A stretch of 64,000 bases of DNA from Microthyrium microscopicum (taxonomy: Eukaryota). Below, one piece after another: positions 36,991-48,700 of this stretch. The notes beneath the pieces were generated by a model, which saw nothing but the letters and a program-made list of their open reading frames with translations, did not search any database and was not told where the DNA came from. The stretch covers positions 980,153-1,044,152 of the forward strand of contig MU004231.1 of NCBI GenBank assembly GCA_010405405.1. The letters run 5' to 3'. Positions within the stretch are counted from its first letter, which is position 1. Every line of letters begins with the position of its first letter. The position numbers were made by a program, and so were the translations under genes.

Positions 36991-39048
36991 ATGGAGGACA
37001 GAGAGCTATCATCCGTTTTATCACATCAGGGAAATGAGAAGCCTGGGAATCCTTCTCACGATATCGAGAGGGGGATCCTGGGCGAGCTTGTAAATGACAG
37101 CGTAGATGTCTATCGCTGGTCAGTATTAACCTTTCTCTGCCACCGGATTCTGGAATCGTACTTCTACTGACAACATCAGGTCACATTGTTCCGTTGAAGT
37201 CAAGGACCGAGCAACGGGCAATCAGAAGCTAATCCTTGATGATATTTCTGGCGAGGCCAGAGCAGGCGAGGTCATTGCCCTTATGGGACCATCGGGCTCA
37301 GGCAAGACAACCTTGTTGAACGTGCTCGCGCGACGTGCGGCAGCCGCAAAGGCCAAGGTCACCGGCGAGCTTCTCGTCGACGATCAGACGGTGTCTTTGT
37401 CCACATTTTGTACCCTTGTCTCGTTCGTTGAACAAGAAGATGCTCTAATTGGTTCGTTGTCCACGCGCGAAACTATCGAGATTGCTGCACACCTGTCGAG
37501 ACCGAGGCAATCAACGCGAGCAGGGCGTAAGGCTATAACTGAACAACTCTTGAGCGCATTTGGTCTTAACTTAGCTGTGGACACCTTTATTGGCACACCT
37601 ATCCGGAAGGGCATATCTGGCGGACAGAAGAGACGCGTTTTCGTTGCCAGTTAGCTGGTCACCTTGCCTAAGATCCTATTCCTTGATGAGCCTACATTGG
37701 GGCTGGATTCAACTGCGAGTCGCGAGGTCATGTCCTATATTTGCAAAGTGGCTAGGGAGCTGAAGCTTGTTGTTATTGCGAGTATATATCAACCATCGGC
37801 ATAGATCTTTGCCCTGTTTGACAGACTAGCTCTCCTATCGCAAGGCAAACTATGCTATTTTGGTCTAGTGAGCGAAGTAAACCCGTACTTTGAGAATATT
37901 GGGTCTCCCGTACCTCTGCACACCAATACCGCGGAATACCTGTTGGATCTTGTCAATGCCGACTTTGAGGGCGCTACCAACATCGCGTAGATATAGGTAG
38001 CTTGGCGAGAGTATGAAGCATTGATGCACACTCTTCATTATAGCGAGAGCCAGGTGGTTCACTGCGAATTTAAGAAGGCTTCTGCTATTGATGCCGTTGT
38101 TGTCATGATCCCGCTCCTCAAGCGAACCATCATGAAGAGCTATCGAGATCTGCTTGCGTATGGTGTGCGCTACGCCATGTACCTTGGCCTTGCTATTATG
38201 ATGGGTACTGTGTGGCTCTGGCTTAAGACAGAGCAAGAGTATATTTAGTCCTTTATTAACGCAATTGTAAGTCCTGTCCGTCGGATGTTGGGATCTTGAA
38301 CTCATAGCTATGTGTCTAGTTCTTTGGCTTGGCCTTTATGTCGTTTATGGCTGTCGCGTACGTGCCTGCCTACCTGGAAGACCGTGCCGTCTACGTGAAG
38401 GATCGTGTCAACGGCTTGTATGGCCTGACTGCTTTTATGCTCATTAACACGCTCGTTGGTCTCCCGTATCTATTTGGCATCTCCCTCCTTTTCTCCATCA
38501 TCGCGTACTGGCTCTTGAACTTTGACTTATCCGCTACGGCGTTCTTTAATTTCGTTATGTGGTAAGTCGCGCCATATAGTTACCTACAAACAACATACCC
38601 TGATATGCAAACTACTAGGCTTTTCCTTGATCTCCTCGCTGCTGAAGCCCTGGTCGTCTTTGTCTCCTCCCTTATTCCTAGCTTCGTCATCGCGCTCGCC
38701 CTCGTGGCCTTTGCCAATGGCCTTTGGATGTCTGTTGGCGGCTTTCTGCACCCCGTCCCGCTCCTTAACCCTTTTTGGAAGTATGTGTTTCACTACATCG
38801 ATTACTAAGCGTACGTGTTCTAGGGAATGATGGTTAATGAGTTTGCGCGGCGCACGTACTCTTGTATAGCGGACTGCAAGTGCAATTTCCCCACGGAGGA
38901 TTTGACTTGTCGTATCCCTGGGACGAGTGTCTTGAGTGCGTACGGGTATCCGCTTGGACAGTAGGACAAATGGGTTGGCATTATGATTGCGATCATTGTG
39001 GTTTATAGGTTTCTTGGGTGGATTGCCTTGTATGTGCGGAAGTGTTGA
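36991..39048 (+). pseudogene. ABCG half-transporter pseudogene with multiple C-to-T nonsense mutations
   Basis: Walker A GPSGSGKTT, signature ISGGQKRR, Walker B FLDEPT and ABC2 membrane domain. In-frame TAG/TAA near 37652, 37802, 37988, 37994, 38246, 38806, 38821 and 38962. Confidence 0.92.
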
Positions 39049-40063
39049 GGTCTGAAAATTAGTGCATTATTGGACTGGTCTTGCTGCATTGTACTCGGCC
39101 ACCTGAAACTGCAATGGGTATGTATAACACTATGTTGAACTATTTCTTTGTACATTCCTATTAAATAAGAATTATCTCAAGCCGCTGAGTGTTGGTTAAC
39201 TCTCTTGCAGGATGTAGCCCGCGTGGTTGCGCTTGTGCTGCGACGCAATCCTACCCCTTCTCTCCGTCCAAAATCTTAGGGATTGTTGGTGTTGTGAATG
39301 CGTCGCGTTTGTCAAGTGAAGCCATGAGCTATTATGCTGTGGGCTTGGAATGCGTAGCTAACGGGCAGCTTTACTACTTCAGTACGCCATTGATCATCTG
39401 TATGTGATGTCGATTTGTCCTCAATTCATCTAGTGCAAGTACTGTATATATCTGGGAGCGAAGCATGCGGTGTCTTCTACGGCTCGGGAAGGGCCAGGGA
39501 ATTTTGCTTCGTTGCTTGACCTTGGAAAATCGTAACAACATGCGTCCGCAGAAATCAAGCTACGCGCCGCATCCCGATCGTGTCTCCATCAGTGGTGTCA
39601 TCGACCTCCAGCTGCTTGAGCTTAGAACACCACAAGGGTCTGAAGCAATCGTGACTGATTTAGCTAAACGCAACCGCCGTGATACTTCCGTGCCTGACGC
39701 TGCTCAAATGGCCTAGCGAGAGACGAAAGCTGCTATCGGTCAACTTTACCTTCTCAAGAGAGACGGTCATGATGGAGTCTTGCAAGGGATGTCCCCTGAG
39801 CCCCGGAATTCCACGATATTGTGCACATGACGTTAGGTCACTGCTGAGCTTGTGGGAAGTGCATGGGACGGTAAACTTGACCAACACTGTTCATCATCTA
39901 TGACCAGGCAAGAGGCATATGAACCGGATAGCGCTTTTGCGGAGTTCGCAGCACGACGCAAGAGGTGTGGGCTGCGGGACGTGTACAAACATGGAAGAGG
40001 AGATTGAAATTGCAATAACGATGTGATGGCTACACTTTCATAGAGTCCACGACGAATTCAACA

Positions 40064-40841
40064 TCAGGCTTTCCACCACGAATCCGCATCTAAGCTCGTT
40101 GTAAGTGATTTCGTGCAGATTTGAAAGGCGGGGGACACTTACTCGGATGTGGACCGGGAAGCGCTATCATTCGTCTAGCGTCGGCTTTCTGCCTATGATG
40201 AACACCAAATGTGTCGTTTCTGCGCTTCATTACAGTCTCTAGGTCAACCTGCCCATCTTGAGTCGCGCTGCCCATGAGATGCGGTCTGCCGAGAGGATAT
40301 TCATGTCCTGCATCAACCTCCCAAAAATGCCAAGTCTTTCCGTAGAGGCCAGTGATTTCCTTCATGGCTTCTAGCTCCGCTGCTTCCCACTCTTCATCAG
40401 ACTTGCCTTCTGGTTTTGGCAGAATAAGCATCCCTGAGGAGACTTCATATTCGTGCGAATGCCAAAGTTTTTGCTCCTCCTCTGTGAAGGATAGATAGAC
40501 AGGCTTGGGCACCATGTACTCGACGCCAATCAGACGAGCGTCTTTCTCATGCGAATCGTAGATCAAACATTGACGAAGATCTACATCATCAGTGCTTTGT
40601 AACGAGCAACCGTGTCGTGCAAAGACGTACCCTTCCGAACGTGTGAGCAGTAATGAGTCGCCTCAACGGTCCTTGTTTTCCCTTGAACGGCTTCATTCGC
40701 GTAGATATGGACTGCGGTCAAAAACTCGCAGATGCTGTGGAATGGTTTGAATTCCTACCTCCGGGTCAGCAAAGGCGCAGGTGAGAGGGAGAGTCGCGCA
40801 GACACGGGCGGTCACCTTACAGGATTCGGGCCTTTGCACAT
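40064..40841 (-). CDS. Oil body-associated protein family (DUF1264), multi-exon
   Basis: VEATHYCSHV, RQCLIYDS, RLIGVEYMV, LWHSHEYEVSSGML, YGKTWHFW; splice sites look intact. Confidence 0.85.
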
Positions 40842-41560
40842 GTTTGAAGAGATTCTGTGTAGTGAGATCAGAAAAGCTTTGTCGGGGTACGACGGGAATT
40901 GAGGATGCGTCCAGAACAAGGTAGGACACGTACTTATAGTGCGTGAGCATGAATATACAGGAAACGCCCGTATATTCAGACTGGTGATCCTGAATGCTAT
41001 TACCTCACCTCACTGACCTCTTCTTGAAGGACATGTAATTAGAGGTCGCCGACCACCTGCACCTTTGGCGGTCGAGCACGGTACATACTTCCAGCCTCCC
41101 CGATGATGCTTGTCACAGATCATGGCAGTGGATCCCCGGAAAAATCCAAGTACCGGGTGAAGTTGGATTAGCACAGACGTCTTGCGCGGGAGACATCTCC
41201 GTGTGTCTGCCGTCCAGATTATGACGAGATATGACGAGTCATGGACGGCGAACAACTACGTGTATCCTTGCTCGCTGAGCTGCAGATCCCCATGAATCAA
41301 TTACACGAGTTTGATGCGGCAGCCGGAAATCCGGAACCGGGAATTGGGGCTTGGGCATCAGTAGAAGGCGGAAAAGCGCCGGTTAAGGCATGGCATGCAA
41401 GGATCAGGGCGTAAGCTTCGTGTATGACGTAACCTGGGATTTATTTTATTGCACTAGACATTCTTAGCTTCATCGGGCACAAAATCTTGTGTACATATGT
41501 AGATGAGGGGACCTCGGTCAAAGCTTCAACTTCTCAGCAGAACACCAAATCCAGCTTGAC

Positions 41561-42838
41561 ATGGATCCAGCAGCAATCTTCACCAACTGTCAGCTTCATC
41601 ATGGTTCCGGCGACGGCCCTCCTCATGACTGCCAAGCCGGTGCAGACGAATACGCTGTTCAGAGGCTCGAGAAAGAGATTTTCGCACGCAACAATCATGG
41701 CTGGCGAAGAATAGTCCTCAACTTTACGCCCTCCTGGTTCTCGGTCACTATGGGGACCGGCATCGTTTCAATACTCCTTCACAACATGCCTTACAATGCT
41801 CACTGGTTGTATTGGTTGTCAGTGGCTGTCTTTTGCCTCAACATCCTGTTATTTGCGCTCTTTTTCTTCGTATCCATCCTTCGATATACCATGTTCAAAG
41901 GCCTGTTCATGTTCATGATCCGGCATCCGGTGCAAAGCCTCTTCACTGGAACATTCCCCATGGGACTCGCTACCATCGTAAACATGACCGTCTTTGTATG
42001 TGTGCCGGCATGGGGTCAATGGGCAACAACCCTGGCATGGACTCTTTGGTGGATCGATGCAGCCATCTCGATTGCGACCTGTCTCTACCTCCCATTCGTC
42101 ATTATTTATGTTCACGAATCCGACTTAACGAAGATGACAGCAACCTGGCTGCTTCCGATCGTGAGCACCATTGTCGCTGCAGCAAGTGGTGGCATTGTCG
42201 CAGAAGTTCTTCCTAATCCGCAACACGCATTATGGACCGTCATTGTATCCTATATCTTGTGGGGCACAGGCTTTCCGCTCGCAATGTTGGTGCTTGTTAT
42301 GTACTTTCATCGCCTTACAATGCATCATCTTCCACCACGCGAAGTGATTGTATCTGTCTTCCTACCGATGGGTCCGATTGGTCAGGGAAGTTTTGCACTC
42401 ATGCAGCTCGGAAAAGTGGCAAAAAAAGTCCTCCCACTCACCAATGCTGTCGACGGCGCTATTACGGGAGAAGTTTTCTACAGCATCGGGATCTACACCG
42501 CGCTCATTATTTGGGGCTATGGACTTATCTGGCTTTTCTTCGCCGTGGCAAGTATCAGCCGTAGCAAGTTTCCCTTCAACATGGGTTGGTGGGGATTCAC
42601 GTTTCCACTTGGCGTGTACACTGTGGCAACAACGACGTTGGCCAAGGACATCCCAAGCTTGTTCTTCAAGATATTAGGCACTATTTTCTCGGTGTTAGTA
42701 ATTCTTTTATGGCTGGGGGTCAGTGTGAAAACCATTCAAAGTATTACTAGGGGCAAGTTGTTTCTCGCGCCTTGCGTGGAGACGTATCAAAGAGATATGG
42801 CGCGTAAGGCTACGGTGAAGAAGGATACTGAGAACTGA
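41561..42838 (+). CDS. SSU1: Sulfite efflux / TDT (SLAC1-like) transporter
   Basis: NFTPSWFSVTMGTGI, SLFTGTFPMG, WLLPIV, FLPMGPIGQG, FNMGWWGFTFPLG; intact and intronless. Confidence 0.85.
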   Translation: MDPAAIFTNCQLHHGSGDGPPHDCQAGADEYAVQRLEKEIFARNNHGWRRIVLNFTPSWFSVTMGTGIVSILLHNMPYNAHWLYWLSVAVFCLNILLFALFFFVSILRYTMFKGLFMFMIRHPVQSLFTGTFPMGLATIVNMTVFVCVPAWGQWATTLAWTLWWIDAAISIATCLYLPFVIIYVHESDLTKMTATWLLPIVSTIVAAASGGIVAEVLPNPQHALWTVIVSYILWGTGFPLAMLVLVMYFHRLTMHHLPPREVIVSVFLPMGPIGQGSFALMQLGKVAKKVLPLTNAVDGAITGEVFYSIGIYTALIIWGYGLIWLFFAVASISRSKFPFNMGWWGFTFPLGVYTVATTTLAKDIPSLFFKILGTIFSVLVILLWLGVSVKTIQSITRGKLFLAPCVETYQRDMARKATVKKDTEN

Positions 42839-42955
42839 GGTAGTGACCAGACATCAGACACAATTTTCATAGATAAGCATTATAAAGTCTTCATATCCAC
42901 TCTCGTCCACCACACATGGTCCTGAACATTTCTGGGCAATCGCGTTTGCGCTCCG

Positions 42956-42986
<31 letters not shown>
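42956..42986. repeat. Poly-C tract (31 nt)
   Basis: Read directly. Confidence 0.95.
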
Positions 42987-43291
42987 TAGACTTACTCAAT
43001 GATGCTGGGGGCTGCCGTACGCGCCTTTGCATTTCAAGCCTCACAATTTTTGCTGAAAACTTGTCTCCAATCTCATGCCCAAGTTATTTGTTAACCTACT
43101 TGAAGTGATGTCCGTAAGCATAACAGGTAGTCGGCAGATTGTCGGCATTCTGGCCTGACGCCGCCACAGAAATGATTGGGAGAGGTGGCTGTGGAGGGTT
43201 TTGTCCCTCGGTTATTTTGAAGCTCACTTTGTATCGTACTTTCGCCATCACTTTCTCACACTCTTCCTACTCTTCTCCTTCAACAACGATT

Positions 43292-43513
43292 ATGGTCATC
43301 ACCCGTTCTCAAGCATTGAAGCACTTGCGAAGCGAAAAGAGCGATGGCTCAACGAGGGCAGAAGTGGTGACGCCTCGCATCGTTGATGTCCACATTCCCA
43401 CACGCATCAGCAGCGATCGTCCAGTGGATTTGCCTCAACCGTTCGGACTGTCTTTCAAGCTCCAACCTGCAATTTACGGTATTATGCAGGAGCGTATCCG
43501 CACGAGCCTGTTC
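43292..43513 (+). pseudogene. 5' fragment of an HhH-GPD/MBD4-like DNA glycosylase
   Basis: MVITRSQ...FKLQPAIYGIMQERIRTSLF resembles the (F/Y)GLIQE.. start of fungal MBD4-like glycosylase domains. Similarity stops abruptly after SLF. Confidence 0.5.
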
Positions 43514-44541
43514 GATTTTGGTACAAGAATCACCGACTGGTTTACCGCCGCGTGGAAAAGAAAAGTGACTCTCCGTGGTTCCGAACAGCGGAAGAAGTCT
43601 CGCTTTCCTGCCTTGGGCGGTCTTCGCGTGTCCTCAAGGATCTCTTGGAGGAATGCCGTCGAAACTATCTGGCGGAGCTTCAGGGCAAAACGCTCGTATT
43701 CGAAGTTAAACACGGCAAATGGGAGCAGTCAACCAAAAGGTGCCGCCGAGAGATGTCGACCGTCCTCTTCGACGCCGAGACAAAAGCAGCCTTGTTGAAC
43801 GATATCACGAGCTTCCTTGATCAGGAGACGCGTGAGTGGTATACCAAGCGTGGCATTCTGTATAAACGAGGCTATCTGCTGTACGGACCTCCCGGAACCG
43901 GCAAGTCTAGCCTGAGTTTGTCGATTGCTGGGCACTTTGACTTGGACATCTACATTCTAAACCTGGCCAGCGTCGGCGACGGTATTTTGGCCAGCCTTTT
44001 CTCAAGGCTCCCGCAACACTGTATCATTCTCCTGGAAGATGTGGACGTGGCCACTCAAAACCGGTCAACAGACAAGGAAGCTGCTCATTCCAACTCCTCG
44101 GCTAGCTTAACAGACAAACAAGCAGAAGGAGTCACGCTTTCTGGACTTCTCAATGCTCTTGACGGTGTCGGTTCGCAAGAAGGCCGATTACTCATTATGA
44201 CGACTAATTATATCGAACGGCTGGACGACGCGCTCATTCGCCCTGGAAGAATTGACCAGAAAATAGAATTTCGGCTGGCTGATATGGGCATTATCAACCA
44301 ACTTTTCCGCATCGTGTTCAAGGATGGCAAAGATGGCAAAAAGATTGAGCGACTTGGCCATGAATTTGCTGGCCTCGTGCCAGAATTGGAGTTCAGTCCG
44401 GCGGAGGTTCTTTCGCTTTTGTTGGAGCATAGGACATCTCCTGAAAGTGCTATTGCTGGCGTGGAAGCATGGGTAGCTAAAGTCAGGGAGGAAAAGCGAA
44501 ATAAGCTGAAGAGAGAGGGTTCTTGGGTGCACAGCGAGTAG
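43514..44541 (+). CDS. BCS1-like AAA+ ATPase, N-terminally truncated (probably non-functional)
   Basis: FWYKNH...SLSCLGRS, WYTKRGILYKRGYLLYGPPGTGKSS, ILLEDVD, TLSGLLNALDGV, MTTN, ALIRPGRID, FSPAEV. No N-terminal transmembrane segment and no ATG at the start of homology. Confidence 0.8.
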
Positions 44542-45096
44542 ATCTCAGCATTGGGCGACGAAAAGGCATAACTCGACTTCTCATGTAATTTTCCTGTTCG
44601 GGTAATAGCCTCTTAAGGCGAATACTCCCTAAATCTGGGTCTTCAATAGCTGTGACTCGGCTAGGAGATCACTTTACTTTTTCCAATTCCATGAGACTGA
44701 TTCGTAAGTACGAGAGTTCACGCACAGCGGCCCACCATGCTCACTCAACAAGGCTGAGGGCCAATGTACATAACCTCATGCCAGCTGTGCGTGTCGAGAC
44801 CATGACCGTGTCCATGCATCTTATCAGTAGCCTCTTGCATCCGGCATTAATTGCCTTCTTGATAGCCATGCAGATTTACCTTTCGAATTCATTGGACTCC
44901 AAGTACCCGGACGAAGCGCATCCGTCACTCATAGCTCCGTTATGACTATAAATGCTGGATCATTCACTCGATTTGCTTCTGCATTTCCCTGCTTCAGTAT
45001 CAATACACCATCAAAGATCATCAAACATCGTTTGACCACTTAGTCACAATCATAACCTGCCCTCCTACCTTGTTTTCTCCCTAGCCTCAAGGAACA

Positions 45097-45291
45097 ATGG
45101 CTGAACACGCTGACCGAGATCGATTCGAAGCAACTTTCGTGGCCGAGCATAATCAAAACAACCCTGGCGATCCTATATTCACAGTAGGTTCGAAAGAGGA
45201 GATAGATGCATGGGTAGCTCGGTTAGCCTCTCGAGAAAGCGCAAAGAAGAAAGCACCGAAGTCGAAAGAAGAGTCTATAGTCCGAGGTTGA
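45097..45291 (+). CDS. Putative 64-aa small protein
   Basis: TATAAA near 44947, a pyrimidine-rich leader, ACAATGG start context and a protein-like composition. No family recognised. Confidence 0.4.
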   Translation: MAEHADRDRFEATFVAEHNQNNPGDPIFTVGSKEEIDAWVARLASRESAKKKAPKSKEESIVRG

Positions 45292-45941
45292 TGGATGCAG
45301 AGCGCTGTCTTCACTTGGTTCTCGATGTTATTCAAGACTATTAAGTTTGTCTATTCCTCAAGCACGGTAGCATCTTGTCTAATCTGGGTCTAAGATGTAA
45401 GAGCTGTGTAACTTATCTCGGAGGGGAAAAAGGCGTGCTCACTTCATTTGAACACCAAGGGGGATGGTACTGGCTTCGTTGCTCAGTCTAGCTGTAGGCA
45501 GCTTTACTGGTGCATGCATCACCCGAACTGTTGATCTAGCGATTGCTCTTTACATTGTAGCTCTCACGAAGTTGATATCTACAATGCTGTTCGGCTGAAA
45601 GAAGAAGATAGCATGATCAGTCTGATCAGAGGGATATATGAAATTGCTCCCCCTGCCCTGTCAGTAGAGCTAGCGTTTAGGTGGCCGTAGAAATGTTAAA
45701 ATGATATGGTGCACTAGTGAGTTGAACTAGGAGCCTGAGATTGATCCTGAAAGTGAAAGGCGCTTCTGCACGGAGGTCGATGGCCACAGCGACTTCTGAA
45801 GGCCCAGTTCTGGTACAAATGGAAAGGTCCCGAAAATGGACCCACTCCCAACCAGCCGGCGCCAATACTTTAAAGTCAACTGAAATGCACTTCAGATTTT
45901 ACAGATCACATCGAACTTTTCCTTTATTAAACATCCAAGCG

Positions 45942-46247
45942 ATGATATATCTATTCCAGATGCTATATCTTCAAGACCTTGTAGATCAGAAGCTACAAAA
46001 AGAATCGCATTTACGAAATCTCATCGCACACATGGCATTGAGCAAACGACTTCACGAAATACAGATGGAATATAATACAAAGGCCTACATGCCAGCTAGA
46101 AAAGAAAGCGAATCTTTCACAGAGTTCCTCGCTCAGAATCAGCCTATAACGACCGCCTCTAGCTCTACGACTTCAGTATCCAACCTTTGTAAGCAGTATA
46201 GAGCAATGACGCTATATAACCATGAGAACAATAAGGAAATATCATAA
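45942..46247 (+). pseudogene. Possible Ecm13-like small protein (partly RIP-altered)
   Basis: QMLYLQDLVDQKLQKESHLRNLIAHMALSKRL resembles the Y.LA..A..KL..EA....LR.LV.HAN.LD.L motif. Confidence 0.4.
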
Positions 46248-48394
46248 AGTTAGCCAAAGCAGGATTAATGATAGAACTCTCAAGCGAGATGTATTGTGAG
46301 CTAAGTTACAGGGAGCTAGCATTCGAGCCCTTCTTCGGACAAGCATTCCAGCAGCAGGTCCCAAAACTAGTCTCCTATCGGCACCACATTCATCGATGTA
46401 TAATTGCTCTCTCACTTAGTAGGCTCTCTATCTATCAGTAACTTGTATACATATCCTTTAAATGACACTATAACCATTTACTACATAGAACCTCAAACAC
46501 GTAACAACAAGTTATTACTTTTAAACTTATCTATAAACTTAATTCTCAAAGCTAAAGAAAATCTCCATAACCTAATCCAGAGAGCCAAGTAGATCTTAGA
46601 CGATTTGGAGCTCGCTCTAAATATTTCAACATTCTTAGAGCACTAATATACTATCTCTAAAGGTTGCAGTACTTCGTAGCCTTACAATCAAACCTTAATC
46701 TTTAAACCCTCTTCCAGACAACATCCCGAATTAAGGAGATGTTAAAAGTATACCAAGCTAAGAAATGCCTTCCAAAGTATTATTAAGACACAAAGATTAG
46801 AGATACAGTACGTTAAGCCTAGGGTCGTGTATACTAGGAGGCCTACTACATCAAACAGCTCTCTGAGGGGTAGAGGAGGGAAGGGACTAGTTCTGGGACC
46901 TAGGCTGCGTACATAATGACGATTCAGTTTAAAATTCTTATAGTCCTGAAATTAGGCCCCTCCGGTTCAATGCTATATATCTCTGTTATTAGATATGCTA
47001 CTTCTCCTTCCAAACACTCTTTTCTACGCTTCATCTTTACAACTAGCATTGTCTTCTCTTTACATCTATAATAGCGAATAGCAAAAGCCTCATTACTAAC
47101 GAAGCGTCGTCTATTAATAATAGAATATTTAAAGGCTCCTCTTAGCTATCCGTTATTAAAAGCTACCTACTAAGAAATAACTTTTACTAAGTTATGTATA
47201 ATCTCCTCTTCTTTAAATCTCAAATTAAGCGAAGGTTCCTTACTATAAATACAGTCTATAGATACACATGTAGTAACACGAACTACAATTTTACATATAG
47301 AGTGCTACATCTTATATTAATCATAAGAATAAGAGGCCTTACTAATAATTAGATTAGCATTGTACTCTAAACTACTAAGAAGCCTATTAAGAACATTTTG
47401 CCTCAAGTCCCTAAGCTACAATATAGCTATAGAACATAGAGGAACTCGAGATAGCATATTATATAGCGAATGCTCTTATACTTATATATGTATTACTATT
47501 ATAGGGACATGTAGTATATCTATTAACTTACAACTAGACCTCTTTACATTTACGTCCTTAGAGGTATTATAGGAAAGGTAATAGATTTATAGAAACGATT
47601 CTTACTAAATTTATAAAAACGACTCTTATTAGTAAGTTAGCTAAATGTTAAAGATAATAAGCTAGAAATTCTTATAGCAAAGGAGTTTATATAATTAAAG
47701 ATCTATAACTAGGTTATTTCTCGCATTTCTTTAATTAGTTTAATAGTATAATCAAGTTACATAGGTTCATATTTATAGGTCTAAGTCACTTTCTAATCCT
47801 ATCTCATCTACTATATTAAGTTAAACTAGGCTTTGAAACTAAGTTAAATTAGTATTATAGCTTAACTTATTAAGTTACCTTGCCCCTAAGCTAAACATTC
47901 GAAAGGTCCTATTTTTAGGCCCCTATTAGATATATACCGCTACTACAAACTGCCTAATTAGTCGAATGGTAGCATTCTTCCAACGTCTGAGTAAGCGCAT
48001 ATTTAAAAGCAGGGCAGAGTGAAACTATATTTAAGCTAGAGTACTCTACTAATCTTACAATGCTTTAAGGTTAGTTCTCATTATGTTATATTTAAAATTT
48101 ATTTATAAGAGATTAGGTAAGGCTGTTAAATCCTCTCTACGGCCTTCTACTTCGTCTAGTACTTCCGTAAAAGCTATTTATTTTAGCGAGAATCTTAAGC
48201 AAATTTAATACTTTCTTCAAAACAATTATATAGTATCTATAAGTATAGACTTATTACCAACCAACGAGGCGTAACAATATACGTCAACTCTTCTAGATCT
48301 ATTAAAGATTTCACCCTATTAGTACACGCACTAAGAGGTAACTTCACATAATCTTTATAGGAGTTTACAAGACAGAGATTTCGTTTAACTTTAT

Positions 48395-48700
48395 AATTTC
48401 AACCTATCCTCGGATCGTTAAAGCCTAATTGGAGCAGTTACTGTAGCTAATATTGCTTTCAAAAAACGAGTCTCCGCAAGGTTTACAACCAATAACTAGC
48501 AGACTATATTAAAAGTTACTACCGAATTCGAACGGTCTAAAGGTACATACGATAGGTTCAGCTTCACTATTGCATTACTAGCTAAGGCTAAAGCCTAAGC
48601 TATAACTATAATAGTCTACCTTTAATATTAAGTCAACAAACAAGAGTTCTAGGATAACAACTCTAAGAAGAACTACTTTATTAATCTTATACTAGAAAGG
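48395..48700 (+). pseudogene. RIP-inactivated CBM21 domain (PP1 glycogen-targeting subunit-like)
   Basis: LSSDR*SLIGAVTVANIAFKKRVSARFTTNN*...YDRFSFTI...VYL*Y*VNKQEF*DNNSKKNY matches G.V.V.N.AF.K.V..RFT...W and the WDNN...NY motif. Confidence 0.8.

Noticed and set aside
43139..43798. 219-aa ORF as a single real gene
   Set aside because: Its 3' half is out-of-frame read-through of the BCS1-like sequence.
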